From NCBI RefSeq assembly GCF_026571515.1, contig NW_026859721.1, positions 248,001 to 312,000 of the forward strand: DNA of 64,000 nt. Direction: 5' to 3'. Below, piece by piece: positions 51,566 through 64,000 of the stretch. Under the pieces are notes generated by a model that did not search any database, was not told the origin of the DNA, and was given only the letters and a program-made list of their open reading frames with translations. Made by a program: the position numbers and the translations under genes. The DNA is from Ruditapes philippinarum. Taxonomy: Eukaryota. Position 1 is the stretch's first letter; each line of letters opens with the position of its first letter.

Positions 51566-53534
51566 CACGGATTTACATTACAAGGATCGGACACTTTCGT
51601 TTAGCTTAAAATCCCGTCGCGCGCGAAATTGCACATCGGATAAAGGTGGACAAAACGAGAGATGGCGTTCCGAGCAGAGTGCGAAATGTGACAGATTTTC
51701 CCAAGAGTATGTGGTCTTATTGCAGCTTTGTGAAAAATTATACAGATATGAATGTACTAATACAGTATTATTTTGTGCCACTAAAGTATTTATTATTTAT
51801 ATATGAAAATATGCTGATAGAACGCTGCAACGCTTAGATAAAAAAGTACCTAATTTAAAAAAGATTTGCCTATTGTTTAGGCTTACTCTCTACACTTTGA
51901 CGCCCTTTTACTTCAAGCACAAATTATTACCACGATTCAGATTAAGATAACTATTTTTTACATGGTTTAATGGTTCCATTGCAAAAAAATGTTTCTTGAT
52001 TGCTTAAAAACTTTTAAAGAAATTCATGTTTGAAATTTGTCTTTATTTCTGTGAATTATTTCAAATTGATTTGTACATTTTTTATTTGATTACCTGAATA
52101 TTAGTATAAATATAGTAAATATTCTACTAATTAGTGTATTAAATATATTTTCAGATCATTCTAGACAAGCGTTCATATATAGATGAATTCATTAGATTGG
52201 CAAGGAAGAAACTTTTATTGGCATACAGAACAGCTGTTTTACAATATTATTTTTTATTTTGAAACAGATTTTTTTCATAGTTATCATTCACGTCAAATGA
52301 TTTATTTGTCATATGTTTATTTTCATTTTTTTTCAAAGAAAGGACTATACAAATTTAGTTGTATATTTTCAATTTCATTTATAAATGTTAATAAAGAAAA
52401 TAGATTTACATTGTATTTATATATATCCTCTTCAGAATCATTTTCTTAACACACATACCATGGACTGTAGTTAAAGACCCCGCACATACAATATATACAT
52501 TCAAATTCTATTTGTTTTTGAAGATTGAGTGTTGCAATTATCACATGTAACCTGGTAATGAAAGTTTGAAAATAAAGTTTTTCAATTATCACTTGTTACC
52601 TGGTAATTGACCCCCTTCAATAGTAATTAAACTTCAAAGAAATTTAAGTGATGTGTTTAAAATAATCAAGTTACTTTTATTTCGCAAAATACTGACTCAA
52701 ACTGTAAAGAATTTTATTGCTTTTCTAGCGTTACATTAAAAAATATCAGAAATATCTTTCTACAGGCATTCAAATAAAAAGAATAATTAAAATATATGAG
52801 TGACATTTAAAAGGTCGGAATCGAGACAGCCACACGAGAGTAATTTACTGTAACGATGATTGCCTACTTCACTGCACCGACATTTGCAAACAGATTTACA
52901 AAAAATAATGATATAAATAATGAATGAAATTTAAATATTCTATGAATATGGCAATATTGACAATCTCGGCAATATTTTGTACTAAAAAAATGAATAAATT
53001 TTCTTCACGTGTTGAGGGATTGTAAAGCCTGCAATACATTACCCGTAAAATAATTAGTTAATATATTAGACTAAATAACCCAATAAATCCAAAATATTGC
53101 ATTTTTGATCATCTGTGAATAACTTACATCGGCTTCTTTTTTATTTTGAAATTGAATTTATTATGTTACCATAATAATAAATTTCAAATACCTGCTTTTG
53201 TAAAAAATGTAAATTTACCGCAGATTTCGTCAACTTAAATTTTTAATAGTTGTTGCGGACAGATAAACTGTACCTTTGAAAAATAAATTAGATATTTGAA
53301 TTAAACAAGTATTTTTCTTCAAAATAAACTTTAAATTTCCAAAATCGGATAATAAATGGAAAAGCTATATCATTATATGGTATTTTGTAAAGTAGATATC
53401 CGTTGCGAATGGGCATTTACGCTTAGCGCCACAAAATTATCAATCGATGTACCTTTATCGAGTGCGCAACAAGATATTTAAGCATTTATATAGGGTTAAC
53501 AGGGAGTGTCTGATCCCTGTAATGTAAATCCGTG
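51566..53534. mobile_element. Non-autonomous DNA transposon of about 1.97 kb with ~30-bp TIRs and a 7-bp TSD (P-superfamily-like), copy A
   Basis: TIRs CACGGATTTACATTACAAGGATCGGACACT ... AGTGTCTGATCCCTGTAATGTAAATCCGTG. The TSD ACCAGAA is on both sides. There is no transposase ORF. Confidence 0.85.
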
Positions 53535-54605
53535 ACCAGAATAAACTAAGTAGTGTATAAAATACCGAAAACGGAAAATGTAAAATGATTACTGAACGAT
53601 TATTTAATACTATTTAATGGTAAAAGGAAATCACCCTCGCTTTGAGGCTTTCCCCTTTACATATTATTAACAATATATTTGAAAGTTCCCCCGACTATGA
53701 TATGGGAAAATAGAACACCATTACAGACCTTGTCTTTGGCTTGTCTGGATATAGGCTACATCATACATGTCATGTGTACTGTTTATTCCAAAGGAACAAA
53801 ATACAAATAATAAAATACATATAGACCTATCAAATTTGGGGTCGGATTGATTCAAGACTTTTTATTTGAGTCATGACTGATTATTGTGATATCGCGAAAT
53901 CTAATGACAATAAGTATGTAGAGAGAAATAAAACTTGACATGACAAATTTATATATGCAAGATCATGCTTTCAAATTTATAAAAATAATAAAGCTGATCA
54001 GCAGTTGTAATTTCCTTCTTACGCGCGATAATTGTGAAAAAAGTTTCATTTCCACTTTTACCGGAAGTTTACTGCTTTCATTTTTTGACTGGTTTATCCA
54101 CTAAATGAAATGAAAAATGACTTCTTTTTGCGAAAAATAGTAAAAAACGAAACATGTCCACAATTGTTTAGACAAAGGTGTACTAATGTTTCTATATTTC
54201 TGTTAAGGGCACTAGAAATATTGGTGTCAAAAGATACAAATATTCATCGGGGGGGGGGGGGGGAGATGGGATAGTATATCGGTGGAATAGTTTATTGAAC
54301 CAATCAAGTGGCATATGTATACAATTGCAGGATGAATCATTCTATAATAAAATATATAATGGCAAGTTTCAATAAAATTCACACATCATATCATGGTGTT
54401 CATGTTAATAAAGCTTAACTGGTATTAAGTATTGGTCAAAACTCAAATTTATAACATTTTGGTTATAAATGAAACTAAAGAAAACACAATATAAACAATA
54501 ACAGCATATTCTGAAATCTTAATTAATGAAAGGGTCTATAATTACAAATACCTAATAAGGATGTTTGACAATACTTTGTTTGAAGAAAAACTCTTTCATT
54601 ATATA

Positions 54606-55713
54606 CAGTTAACCTCTAATTAATGTCCCTGCCTTCGTGCAGATGGTGTGAACTAGGCATGAATTAGAAGTGCACACTATGTTCACTTCTAGTGCACTAG
54701 GCAAAATGACTGGACAAGTCGACACTTTATTCGTTTAATGGATAATTGCATAGCAAATGACCAGAGTAAAGTCATACATTGATTGAATTTTGTAAGAAGA
54801 TTTTTTTTAACTTTGGGGGTATTTTCATTCGTAATATTATTGTAGTTTTATTTTGTACTTTATGTTTTATATACATGTAATTACATGTATTTTTCTCATG
54901 TATAATTTGTTTATTATTATTGCTTTAAAGTTTGCAATTACATGTATTTTTCTCATGTATAATTTGTTTATTATTATTGCTTTTAAGTTTGAAAGATCAA
55001 CACTGAATAAAGTGTATTTTATTTTGTTATAAAAGCAGGCGATTTTCTTTAAATTATATAGAAAAATCCTGTCAACCACCTTTTATGAAATATGACGGAA
55101 AATTCAGTCAATTCTCAATTTTGTGAAATGAATTATAATATATAATCAATAATATATAATCAATATCTACAGGATTTTATTTTGATAAGTATCATTTTAA
55201 TAATCAAAAGTATTTCAACCTACACCTTGGATTTTTTTAAAAGTCATAAATCACAAAACAGAATGGTAAAAATGCTCATCAAAAATATTTAATGTTTTCA
55301 AGAAGGAAACAAACGCATTAATTTTGATCCTAAAAGACCTAAACAATTGTTAACAATATAATTTAAAAATTAAAGGACTAACTATTAATTATTAGAACAG
55401 AATTTGTAATTTGTAGATAGTACATCATGCACATTCCATACAATATCCAAACTAAATCTAATTTAAGATTAAATAGAATTATCATTTTATTTGCTTCTCA
55501 AATTATTTAAAACTATTCATACTTTATTCATAAAAAGAGTACATTAACTAATTTTCTATATGTAATATATGTATATGTATAGGTACTGTCCTGTCCATTA
55601 AACTTTTAAGTGCACTTGTGGTGCACATTGAAATGCACTCGAAGTGCACATGTAGTGCTGCACACCATTGCAAGTGCACTTTGTACGTGTTACTTTTATT
55701 GTGAAGTCAACTG
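54606..55713. mobile_element. Tc1/mariner-pogo-like MITE
   Basis: Termini TA|CAGTTAACCTC ... GAAGTCAACTG|TA, subterminal AAGTGCAC motifs, and an internal ~57-bp tandem duplication at about 54879-54991. Confidence 0.55.
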
Positions 55714-56384
55714 TATATTCAACATAAATGTGGCAAACTGTTATTGTTACAGCATCATGATATTCTAAAAACATAAGACATACAAACTGTGGATTAAAAA
55801 TGACTCAAAATTCTTATAAATATGAAGTACATATTTCTATCAAAGAAAAGTTTTATGCTGATATCAAAATATGGCAAGACATTGAAAACTGAATTTCATC
55901 TTCAAATGAATTTGAAAACACAAATTGCAATATTGATAATGTCTTTGAATTTTCACATATATCTTTCTGTTTTGAAATGTTCAAATTATAAGCACAAATC
56001 CACAACATTGTGTAAAAGGTTCTGATATCTCTGTCCAGCTCTTAATATGATAAAATAAGACTCTCTACAAAATCTTTGTTTATATAGTGTATTTTGTTAG
56101 TAATTTACCTTCACATTGGGCAAATATTCTTTCAATATTTTATCCAAATATATAAAACATATTTTGTTTACGATTTGAAGTCAATGACTATATATGTATT
56201 ATTGTTTCTTCTTTTGTTTTCTTTCTTTTTTTAAAAAAAATTCATATTGTACCCGTTGCGTACAACATACATCATTACAACCAATACATGGTTTATTATT
56301 ACAAATAATATTGCTTTCTCTTTTATATAATACTTACAAACTATGTGAACATTCTATGGTGGCTGATTTGTTCCATTTGTGTTT

Positions 56385-56640
56385 TCGCCCTGCGACCCCG
56401 CCAAGCGAAAAGTCGAAAATTAACAATTAATGGCGGGGGTGCGGAGCGAAACGCTAATTAGCGAGGGCGCGGGGGGAAGTTTTATAATTAAAACTTCATC
56501 CCGCGGGGGCGCGGAGCGAGATATAAGAAATAAAACGGCGGGGTCGCGGGACGAAAACACGTTAATTAGCGCGGGCGCGAGGCGAATAAATAAAACTTCG
56601 CGGCGCACCGCCCCCCCCCCCCCCCTAATTAGCGCCAAAA
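56385..56640. repeat. GC-rich island of short repeated motifs, probably a transposon end fragment
   Basis: Repeated GCGGGGG.GCGGAGCGA and TAATTAGCG motifs in an otherwise AT-rich region. Confidence 0.45.
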
Positions 56641-57306
56641 AGTCTCCGTTGCATATTTTAGTCATACCACTTTTCGGGTTTAATATTATCTTTTCGGTTA
56701 TTAGTTTCACCATTTTTTTTAGCAATCCAGTCCAAAATGGATGACTGACACTTCCCACTTATGAAAATAAACTAAATTATCGGGTTTTCTTGGCTTGTTC
56801 CTGTGATATTCATCATCTCAAAATATGTTCTAGTGGAATAAAACTCGAATTATGTCTAGAACAAGGTTTGAAAATATAAATTTTCTGAATGTTGTCAAAT
56901 AAGAAGCAGTAACCAGCTGTTGGTGACAGGAATTTCGCATCAATTGGTTTTCTTAGAACTGCCCTTCTATGTTTTACTTATTTCTTTCCCTTTCTTTCAT
57001 CACAGTATATTAATAGGTTCAATAATTAAAATTTCACTAATATATAGTTTGTTGTTGTCTTTTTGTGAATGGTAAATTACTAATGATTCATTTCTTACTA
57101 TACTAACAGACTAAGGAAGTTTAAGTTTGATAAATAATTTGATAAAAAAAAATATTGTGTTGCTTTACACACGCCCTATGTTAGTCCAATATATCGGACG
57201 TTACGGGCTTCTTATAGTTTGTCACAGGGTAAAATAAATACTAAAACTCATGGCGTAGTTTCGGCAATTTAATGAAAATAATACGAAGAAAAAGCCTACA
57301 GTAAAC

Positions 57307-60300
57307 CACGGATTTAAATTACAAGGATCGGACTTTTTCGTTTAGCTTAAAGTCCCGTGGCGCGCATGCGCGGAATCGGATAAAGGTGGACAGAATGAGA
57401 TGGCGGAACGCGTGGAGTGCGAAATATGACAGATTTTCACAAGAGTATGTGGTGTTATTGCAGCTTTGTGAAAATTATGCACATATGAATGTATTGCTAC
57501 AGTATTATTTTGTGTTGTTAAAGTATTAATATATGAAAATATGCCGATAGAACGCTGCAACGCTTAGTTAAAAAGTACCTTATTTAAAAAATATTTGTCG
57601 ATTATTTAGGCATACTCTCTACATTTTGACGCCCTTTTACTTCAAGCATAAATAATTACCGCGATTCAGATTAAAATAATTATTTTTTATATGGTTTAAT
57701 GGTGGCATTGCAAAAAAATGATTCTTGATTGCTTAAATACTTTTAAAGAAATTCATGTTTGAAATGTGTCTTTATTTCTGTGAATTATTTCCAAATGATT
57801 GGTACCAGACCTGGGGTAATCAGTAACTGTAATCATTGATTTTTTAATTGATTACATGATTACACTGTAATCATCATGTAATTGATTACCTTGCCCAAAA
57901 TTGATTAATTTAATTGTAATTAATCAATTACAGCTTAAATTCAGTCAGTAATTATGATTACATTTTGATTGACATTGATTACTTTCAGATTTAACAAATT
58001 CAAAGGTCTATGCCTTTATTTTACATTACACAGTTTAACTTTTTTTTCATTTAGACTGAAACAAAGTGAATATTCTTATCATTGCTTACATACTTTAAGA
58101 CCATGGTCTACTTTAGTCATTTTGTATGAATAAACAATATGTATATTTACATGTACCTACAAATACATTATAAAAGAAACTATCAAAGAATGCTTTGATA
58201 TTTAATCTGATAAAAGGAAAACACATTTCTGGAGAAATTTAACGTTCATTTTACAGTATCACTTATTATATGATGTACATAAATCAATTGAAAATTTAAT
58301 TTTTCAAAAAATAAATGTGCTGAAAGCAACAATGTACCACTCTAAAATTGATCTTCTCACCTTATTTCACATAATAACCCAATAATAACAGTTTTTCACA
58401 CCTTGTGAAATCAAGTGTCATGCTAAAGAGCATTCAAGCAGATCATAGTAACAAATTTAAGATCTAGATAGGTGTTGACTTTAATATCAGTGGTCTCAAT
58501 AGTCACATTAAAATTAAAACAAAAATTTGGACTGAATAATTATGGTGGTCTGAAAAGTGAATAAGCAGGTGGTTAAATCTGGATCATGAAACCATTGACT
58601 TAAAGAATCTCGTTAAAAATGGACTTAATAGCGGGGTGGTTTTAATTCTGGGTGGTCTAATGTACATTCAATGTAATCAATTATCAATCAATTACTCTCT
58701 TAAAGTAATTGTAATTCAATTGATTACAGAGGCAAATGTGAGTAATCAATCTTAATCAATTACTATAAAATCTGAAAGTAATTGTAATTTAATCAATTAC
58801 TGATCAATGTAATCATCCCCAGGTCTGATTGGTACATTTTTTATTTGATTACCTGTATATTAGTATAAATATAGTAAATATTCTACTAATTAGTGTTTTA
58901 AATATATTTTCAGATCATTGAATTTCTAGACAAGCGTTCATATATAGATGAATTCATTAGATAGGCAAGGAAGAAATTTTTATTGGCACACAGAACAGCT
59001 GTTTTATAATATTATTTTTTATTTTGAAACAGAATTTTTTCATAGCTATCCTTCACAATTGACATCAAATGATTTATTTGTCATATGTTTATTTTCATTT
59101 TTTTTCAAAGAAAGGACTATACAAATTAAGTTGTCTATTTTCAATTTCATTTATAAATGTTAATAAAGAAAATAGATTTACATTGTATTTATAAATTATA
59201 TATATCATCTTCAGAATCATTTTCTTATCACACATACCATGGACTGTAGTAAAGACCGAGCACATACAAAATATACATTCAAATTCTATTTGTTTTTGAA
59301 GATTGAGTGTTGCAATTATCACATGTAACCTGGTTATGAAAATTTGAAAATAAACTTTTTCAATTATCGCTTGTTACCTGGTAATTACCCCCCTTCAAAA
59401 GTAATTAAACTTGAAAGAAATTTAAGCCATGTGTAAAAAATAATCAAAAGTTACTTTTATTTCGCAAAATACTGACTCAAACTGTAAAGATTTTTATTGT
59501 TTTTCTAGCATTACATTAAAAAGTTTCAGATATATCTTTCTACAGGCATTCAAATAAAAAAAAATAATTAAAATATACGGATTAAAATATACGAGTGACA
59601 TTAAAAAGGCCGGAATCGAAACAGACACACGAGAGTACTTTACTGTTACGATAATTGTCTACTTCACTGCATTGACATTTGAAAACAGATTTACAAAAGT
59701 TTTAAATAATGATATAAATGAAATTTAAATATTCTATGAATATGGCAATATTGAAAATCTCGGCAATATTTTGTACTAAAAAAATGAATAAATTTTCTTC
59801 ACGTGTTGAGCGAATTGTAAAGGCCGCAGTACATTACCCGTAAAACAATTATGCGTTAATAAATTTGACTACATAACCTAATAAATCTTAAATATTGCAT
59901 CTTTGATCATCTATGAATAACTAACATCGGCTTCTTTTTTATTTTGAAATTGAAATTATTATGGTACCGTAATAATAAATTTCAAATAGCTGCTTGTTAT
60001 ATAAAAAATGTAAATTTACCGCGGATTTCTTCAAGTTAATTTTTAATCGTCATTGCGGACAGATAAACTGTACCTTTAAAAAATAAATTAGATATTTGAA
60101 TTAAAAAAGTATTTTTCTTCAAAATAAACTTTAAATTTCTAAAATGGGATAATAAATGTAAAAGCTGTATGGTATTTTGTAAAGTAGGTATCCGTTGCGA
60201 ACGGGCATTTACGCTTAGCGCCGGTAAATTATCAATCGATGTACCTTTATCGGGTGCACAACAAGATATTTAAGCATTTATATAGTGTTAACTGGGAGTG

Positions 60301-60326
60301 TCCGATCCTTGTAATATAAATCCGTG
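57307..60326. mobile_element. Copy B of the 7-bp-TSD TIR element, carrying a nested 1-kb insertion
   Basis: Colinear with 51566-53534. TIRs CACGGATTTAAATTACAAGGATCGGAC / GTCCGATCCTTGTAATATAAATCCGTG. TSD AGTAAAC/TGTAAAC (6 of 7 match). Confidence 0.85.
57806..58827. mobile_element. hAT-like MITE, 1,022 bp, with an 8-bp TSD
   Basis: TIR CAGACCTGGGG / CCCCAGGTCTG. The TSD ATTGGTAC is on both sides. Dense subterminal GTAAT/ATTAC/TCAAT motifs. The empty site (ATTTGTAC) is present in copy A at about 52069. Confidence 0.9.
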
Positions 60327-60356
60327 TGTAAACACATAAATTTATACATGATTATA

Positions 60357-60521
60357 CAGGGTTGTCATTAAGAGGCGGCAGGAGGCCAAAATGCCTGTCT
60401 CAAATGCATTATGGGCCGCCTCAAAATTAAGAAAACACTCTTTGTTATGCATGATAAAGACAGAAATGACTGCCTCAAGTTCAAAACAAACCTTCTGCAT
60501 AAAATGTTAATGACAACCCTG
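60357..60521. mobile_element. Small MITE, 165 bp
   Basis: Perfect 15-bp TIR CAGGGTTGTCATTAA / TTAATGACAACCCTG, flanked by ATTATA on both sides. Confidence 0.75.
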
Positions 60522-61405
60522 ATTATAATACAAGTTAATTAAAACATACAGAAACTACAACAATACAACAATTGAGCAAGCTTAATAAGAATTATTTCAA
60601 GTGAATGAATAAAATGAAAATAATCTAACCAACATGTCAGCGTCTCAATAAAGAAAGAAAATATCTTAATAATAAGATATTTCCAAAAATTTTATTACAT
60701 AAACAAATAAAATTTATATTTTAATGACACTCAGTATATCTACTATTGTAAGAGAATAAAGATAAAGTGAACTGGAGAAGGAAAGTTTGTGGGAATTAGG
60801 GAGAAAGGAAATGTTAAAAACCAATGTAAAACTTTCTCTCAAATCTCTTTCATACAATGTTGGACATACAAAAACAGTTCACAAAATTGCTTGAGATATG
60901 GACATAGTTGAATTGTCTCGACCTTTCCTGTGAATTTCCGCTTATTAAGCGTACATTACAGAACCATCCGATACAATACAAATTACAATAGCCGACAATA
61001 ACAGATGCCACAGAGACAAACAAGAGTCAATGCATGCGCAGACATTAAGTATACTTTTCATGCGTCTTAATGACAAACAGTGCACGGCAAAATGAACAAT
61101 TAACATAACAAATAAAACGACCCTTGACATTGGTCAAGTCAGACGTGTAATAGTTATGTCTCATAAAAGCGTAGCATCTAAAAAAAAATTTAAATGTATA
61201 AATACTGTCATGCCTTTCAAGCTTTATTCAAGTTTTAATGTTGCAATCTTTATAATCATAAAATTGTTTAGTAATTATCACATCCTGAAAGATCCAACTG
61301 GAAAATGAACTTGAAATTTTTGTTAATTCATTGAGGCAGTAGAAAATAAACATTAAGCTAAATTTACTTATAAAATGTTCTTATGTTGTGCGGTTATTTT
61401 TACAG

Positions 61406-63023
61406 AGAAAATCCAGAGAAACTTTTTGAAGTATTTCTTGAGGTGGGCAAGCCAACTGAAGAAAATGATGGTAAAATAATTACTGGTTTTATATCATTGA
61501 ATTTAGATTTTTGTTTAGTTATAATTTTTTTATTGAAAATGCATTTCATTGACTTTAGTTTAACTTTTTTATCAAAATGTCAGTTTATAACATATCTGAA
61601 AATTCAAGTGTTATTCTAATGATTTTTTTTTTTACCCTATCCCTGCTGAATCTATGAAATAGACTTGCCCTGGTTCAAATTAGGAACATTCATCTGGTAC
61701 TAGGAAGCTAAATATCAAAATACTAAAATAATTGAGCAGCCTACAATTTGGCTTACTGTAAATAAGTGGTTATGTTAACCACGCAGAAAAATTGGCAAAT
61801 TTAGCGAATTGATGAAAGTCCCTGGAAATTGTTGTAGGGTTAAATGACCACCAACTTGTCATGAAATTCTACCCTTGCATGATTCGCTAATATTTCCTCA
61901 TGTGAAAATGTCTGGAATTTTAAATTTGCTAACTTTCCGACATGTGGAAATATCCACTTATTATCTTATACAGTACTTTGTATATAAGCACTGACGTGCA
62001 GGCTGAACAGATCCTTTCTTTTTGCTAGTGGCTAGGGCGTGTGATTATCTAATAATCAGTAGTTGAAAATGGATATATTGACTACCGTGTTATACTACCA
62101 AACTCATAAATATTATTTTTGGACATTTGAACCTTCTTTTATTACATCTTTGTTAGCTTGTTTTTGCTTTCAATTTCAGAACCATTCATTTTACAAAAAT
62201 ATCCGGATTACTATGATGAAGAGGTAAGATTTTTGTTTTAACTTTTACTGCCGGGTTACTTTCTCATAACTTGAACCATTTGCCCCTGGCCCCTCACTTG
62301 TGTGGGTTTTGATTCTCTTCAGAACCTCATTAGTTGAAATATCAATTCCAATGCCTGTCTCACATCAATTTAACCACTGTTTAAGTGGATTTTTTTTATT
62401 CAGTACAATTTTGTTACACTTTTTAAAAAAGTATGAATGTTGGTAATGGACAAAGAGCACATGTTAGTTAGGTAAGTATAAATATCTTAAGTGTCCAGCT
62501 TTATTTGTCATTCAATGAAAACACTGTATTTCTTAAAAAAATGTGTGTGTTAATTTTCAATATTTTTCATAACAGAACAAAAGTCGATACTATTTCAAAT
62601 TCCATTCATACTGGCCATCTTTCTTTCATAGTGCTTCTGACATAGAACCGTATAATAACTATAATTAGTAATTTTTTGTTAGTGAAGCCAAATAAAGCTT
62701 GACACTAAGTATTTAAGTCTTCATCCGTAGCTGTTCTACAGAATTTAGAAGTATTTTTCGGTCACTTTTGCCACTTTTCAAGTTTCTAATTTCTGTAGAA
62801 CAGCATGGATGAACTAACATATACATGTACATAGAGTTTAATATTACAGCATAAACATGAATATTGTAGGGAGCCAGTGCCTCGCCATTTTGAAAGTTTT
62901 AAATCACACAAGGTTTTTTTTTACTTTAAAATGAAAGTTTTATGTTATGTCTAACCATAGTTTACTATTACAGGCTGTTCTTAAGTCAGTTCCTAAGTTT
63001 GCATTTCCTTGCGACACAGAAAG
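61406..63023 (+). CDS. DENND1: DENN domain-containing protein 1 (connecdenn) homolog; 5' exons only, continues beyond the window
   Basis: Exons 61406-61470 (ENPEKLFEVFLEVGKPTEEND), 62180-62223 (EPFILQKYPDYYDEE) and 62974-63023 (AVLKSVPKFAFPCDTE) resemble the uDENN N-terminus of DENND1A/B (NP...FEV..EV...P....FPEDY.D.E.L....KFCFP). The ATG-bearing exon was not identified. Confidence 0.8.
62720..62812. repeat. Short imperfect palindrome (hairpin or MITE remnant) in a DENND1 intron
   Basis: TTCATCC.TAGCTGTTCTACAGAATTTAGAA pairs with TTCTAATTTCTGTAGAACAGCATGGATGAA. Confidence 0.6.
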
Positions 63024-64000
63024 GTATACGTAAGTTATCTCCCCTTAGCTGTGGGTTTGGCTTTTATCTATCTTCTGTATTAGTCATGCAATGCTTTCCT
63101 CAGATCCAAGTATTTTCCGAATCGCAGTTTGTTAAAGAGCATTCTAATTTAGTTTTACATTGAAAAGATTGGGCTAAAAGTTAAAAGAGGATATCATCAC
63201 CTTAGTTCAGTAACGGGTTGTCTCCATAGTGCAGTAACAGATTAAGTCCTTCTAAATTTCATAGGAGTTAACCAGTTATTGCACTATGGTGACGATATAT
63301 TCGTTTACCACTTGCCTGCTGGGATCAATTGAATATACCCACCACACCAGTGCAAAGCAAGATAAGTCAGCACTTCATTTTGGTTTAATTTTTTTATCAC
63401 AAGATTTGATTAAAAGACAATAAAGGATATGAATTCATTTAGCCGGATATACCTAGGCGACCGGTGCAGACCAAGATCAGCTGGCACTAACATGCTGTCA
63501 GATCATGGTCTGCACTGTTCACTATTCTTTAGCAGGAATGTACTTAAACTTATATTATAAGTTTGTTTATATCATAGGTGTTTGACAAATTTATATGAAA
63601 ACAAGTACACATTTACATATATAATTGTGATATAGGTTTATAGTTGCTAAACAGTAATATTTAGAACTTGGATCTGGGAAAAGCTTCACTTATAGATGTT
63701 TATTAACATTATTAAATTGTGTGATGTTATATAATATTTGCTGTTCAATGAGCTATGATATATATTATATATAGAATGACTCTCTATGCATTTGAAGCTA
63801 CTGTGGTTATATAAATAATACATATTAGAGTTGCTGGTCACTGAACATAAATAAGTTGATAGCATTGCAGTTGGTGTACTACAGGTGCTAAAATATGGAC
63901 TTACATAAAAGCTTGAGCAAAGACCGTTTAGCATTGAATAAAATAAACTACCAGTGGACAAACAAATATCCCTTGATACAATACCAAATAACGCTACGCT

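Noticed and set aside
56420-56758. Overlapping 104-aa and 112-aa ORFs
   Set aside because: These are by-products of a GC-rich repetitive island with few stop codons. They have no recognisable domain or splice context.
52183-59163. Paralogous short ORFs MNSLD(W/R)QGRNFYWHTEQLFY... at 52183 and 58948
   Set aside because: They lie inside the two copies of the non-autonomous transposon and diverge by frameshifts, with no transposase motifs.

Overview
AT-rich, intron-containing animal DNA. The repeat families suggest a bivalve mollusc, but that is an inference. I rebuilt the exons by hand from GT-AG sites and reading phase. (1) Positions 1-26.1 kb hold a tandem cluster of five GIMAP/AIG1-family GTPase genes, four on the minus strand and one on the plus strand. 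Two look intact, one is a multi-lesion pseudogene, one has a frameshift and runs off the left edge, and one has an open frame but a Walker-A Lys->Ile change and an expanded acidic repeat tail. The four copies whose last exon is visible have Lys where the GIMAP conserved-box Arg belongs, an altered G4 motif, a shared short tail motif and a C-terminal CaaX box. (2) Positions 29.9-45.0 kb hold a 25-exon, ~2,100-aa animal FAS-like polyketide synthase (KS-AT-DH-psiMT/psiKR-ER-KR-ACP). It stops right after the ACP with no thioesterase, and KS exon 6 has a localized stop/frameshift. (3) A C1orf53/DUF5522 homolog (-) lies head-to-head with the first exons of a DENND1 homolog (+), as human C1orf53 does with DENND1B. 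(4) Non-autonomous mobile elements are abundant: Helentron/HINE-like arrays, tRNA-derived SINEs, two copies of a ~2-kb TIR element with 7-bp TSDs (one carrying a nested hAT-like MITE), and other MITEs. I found no rRNA, tRNA or CRISPR.
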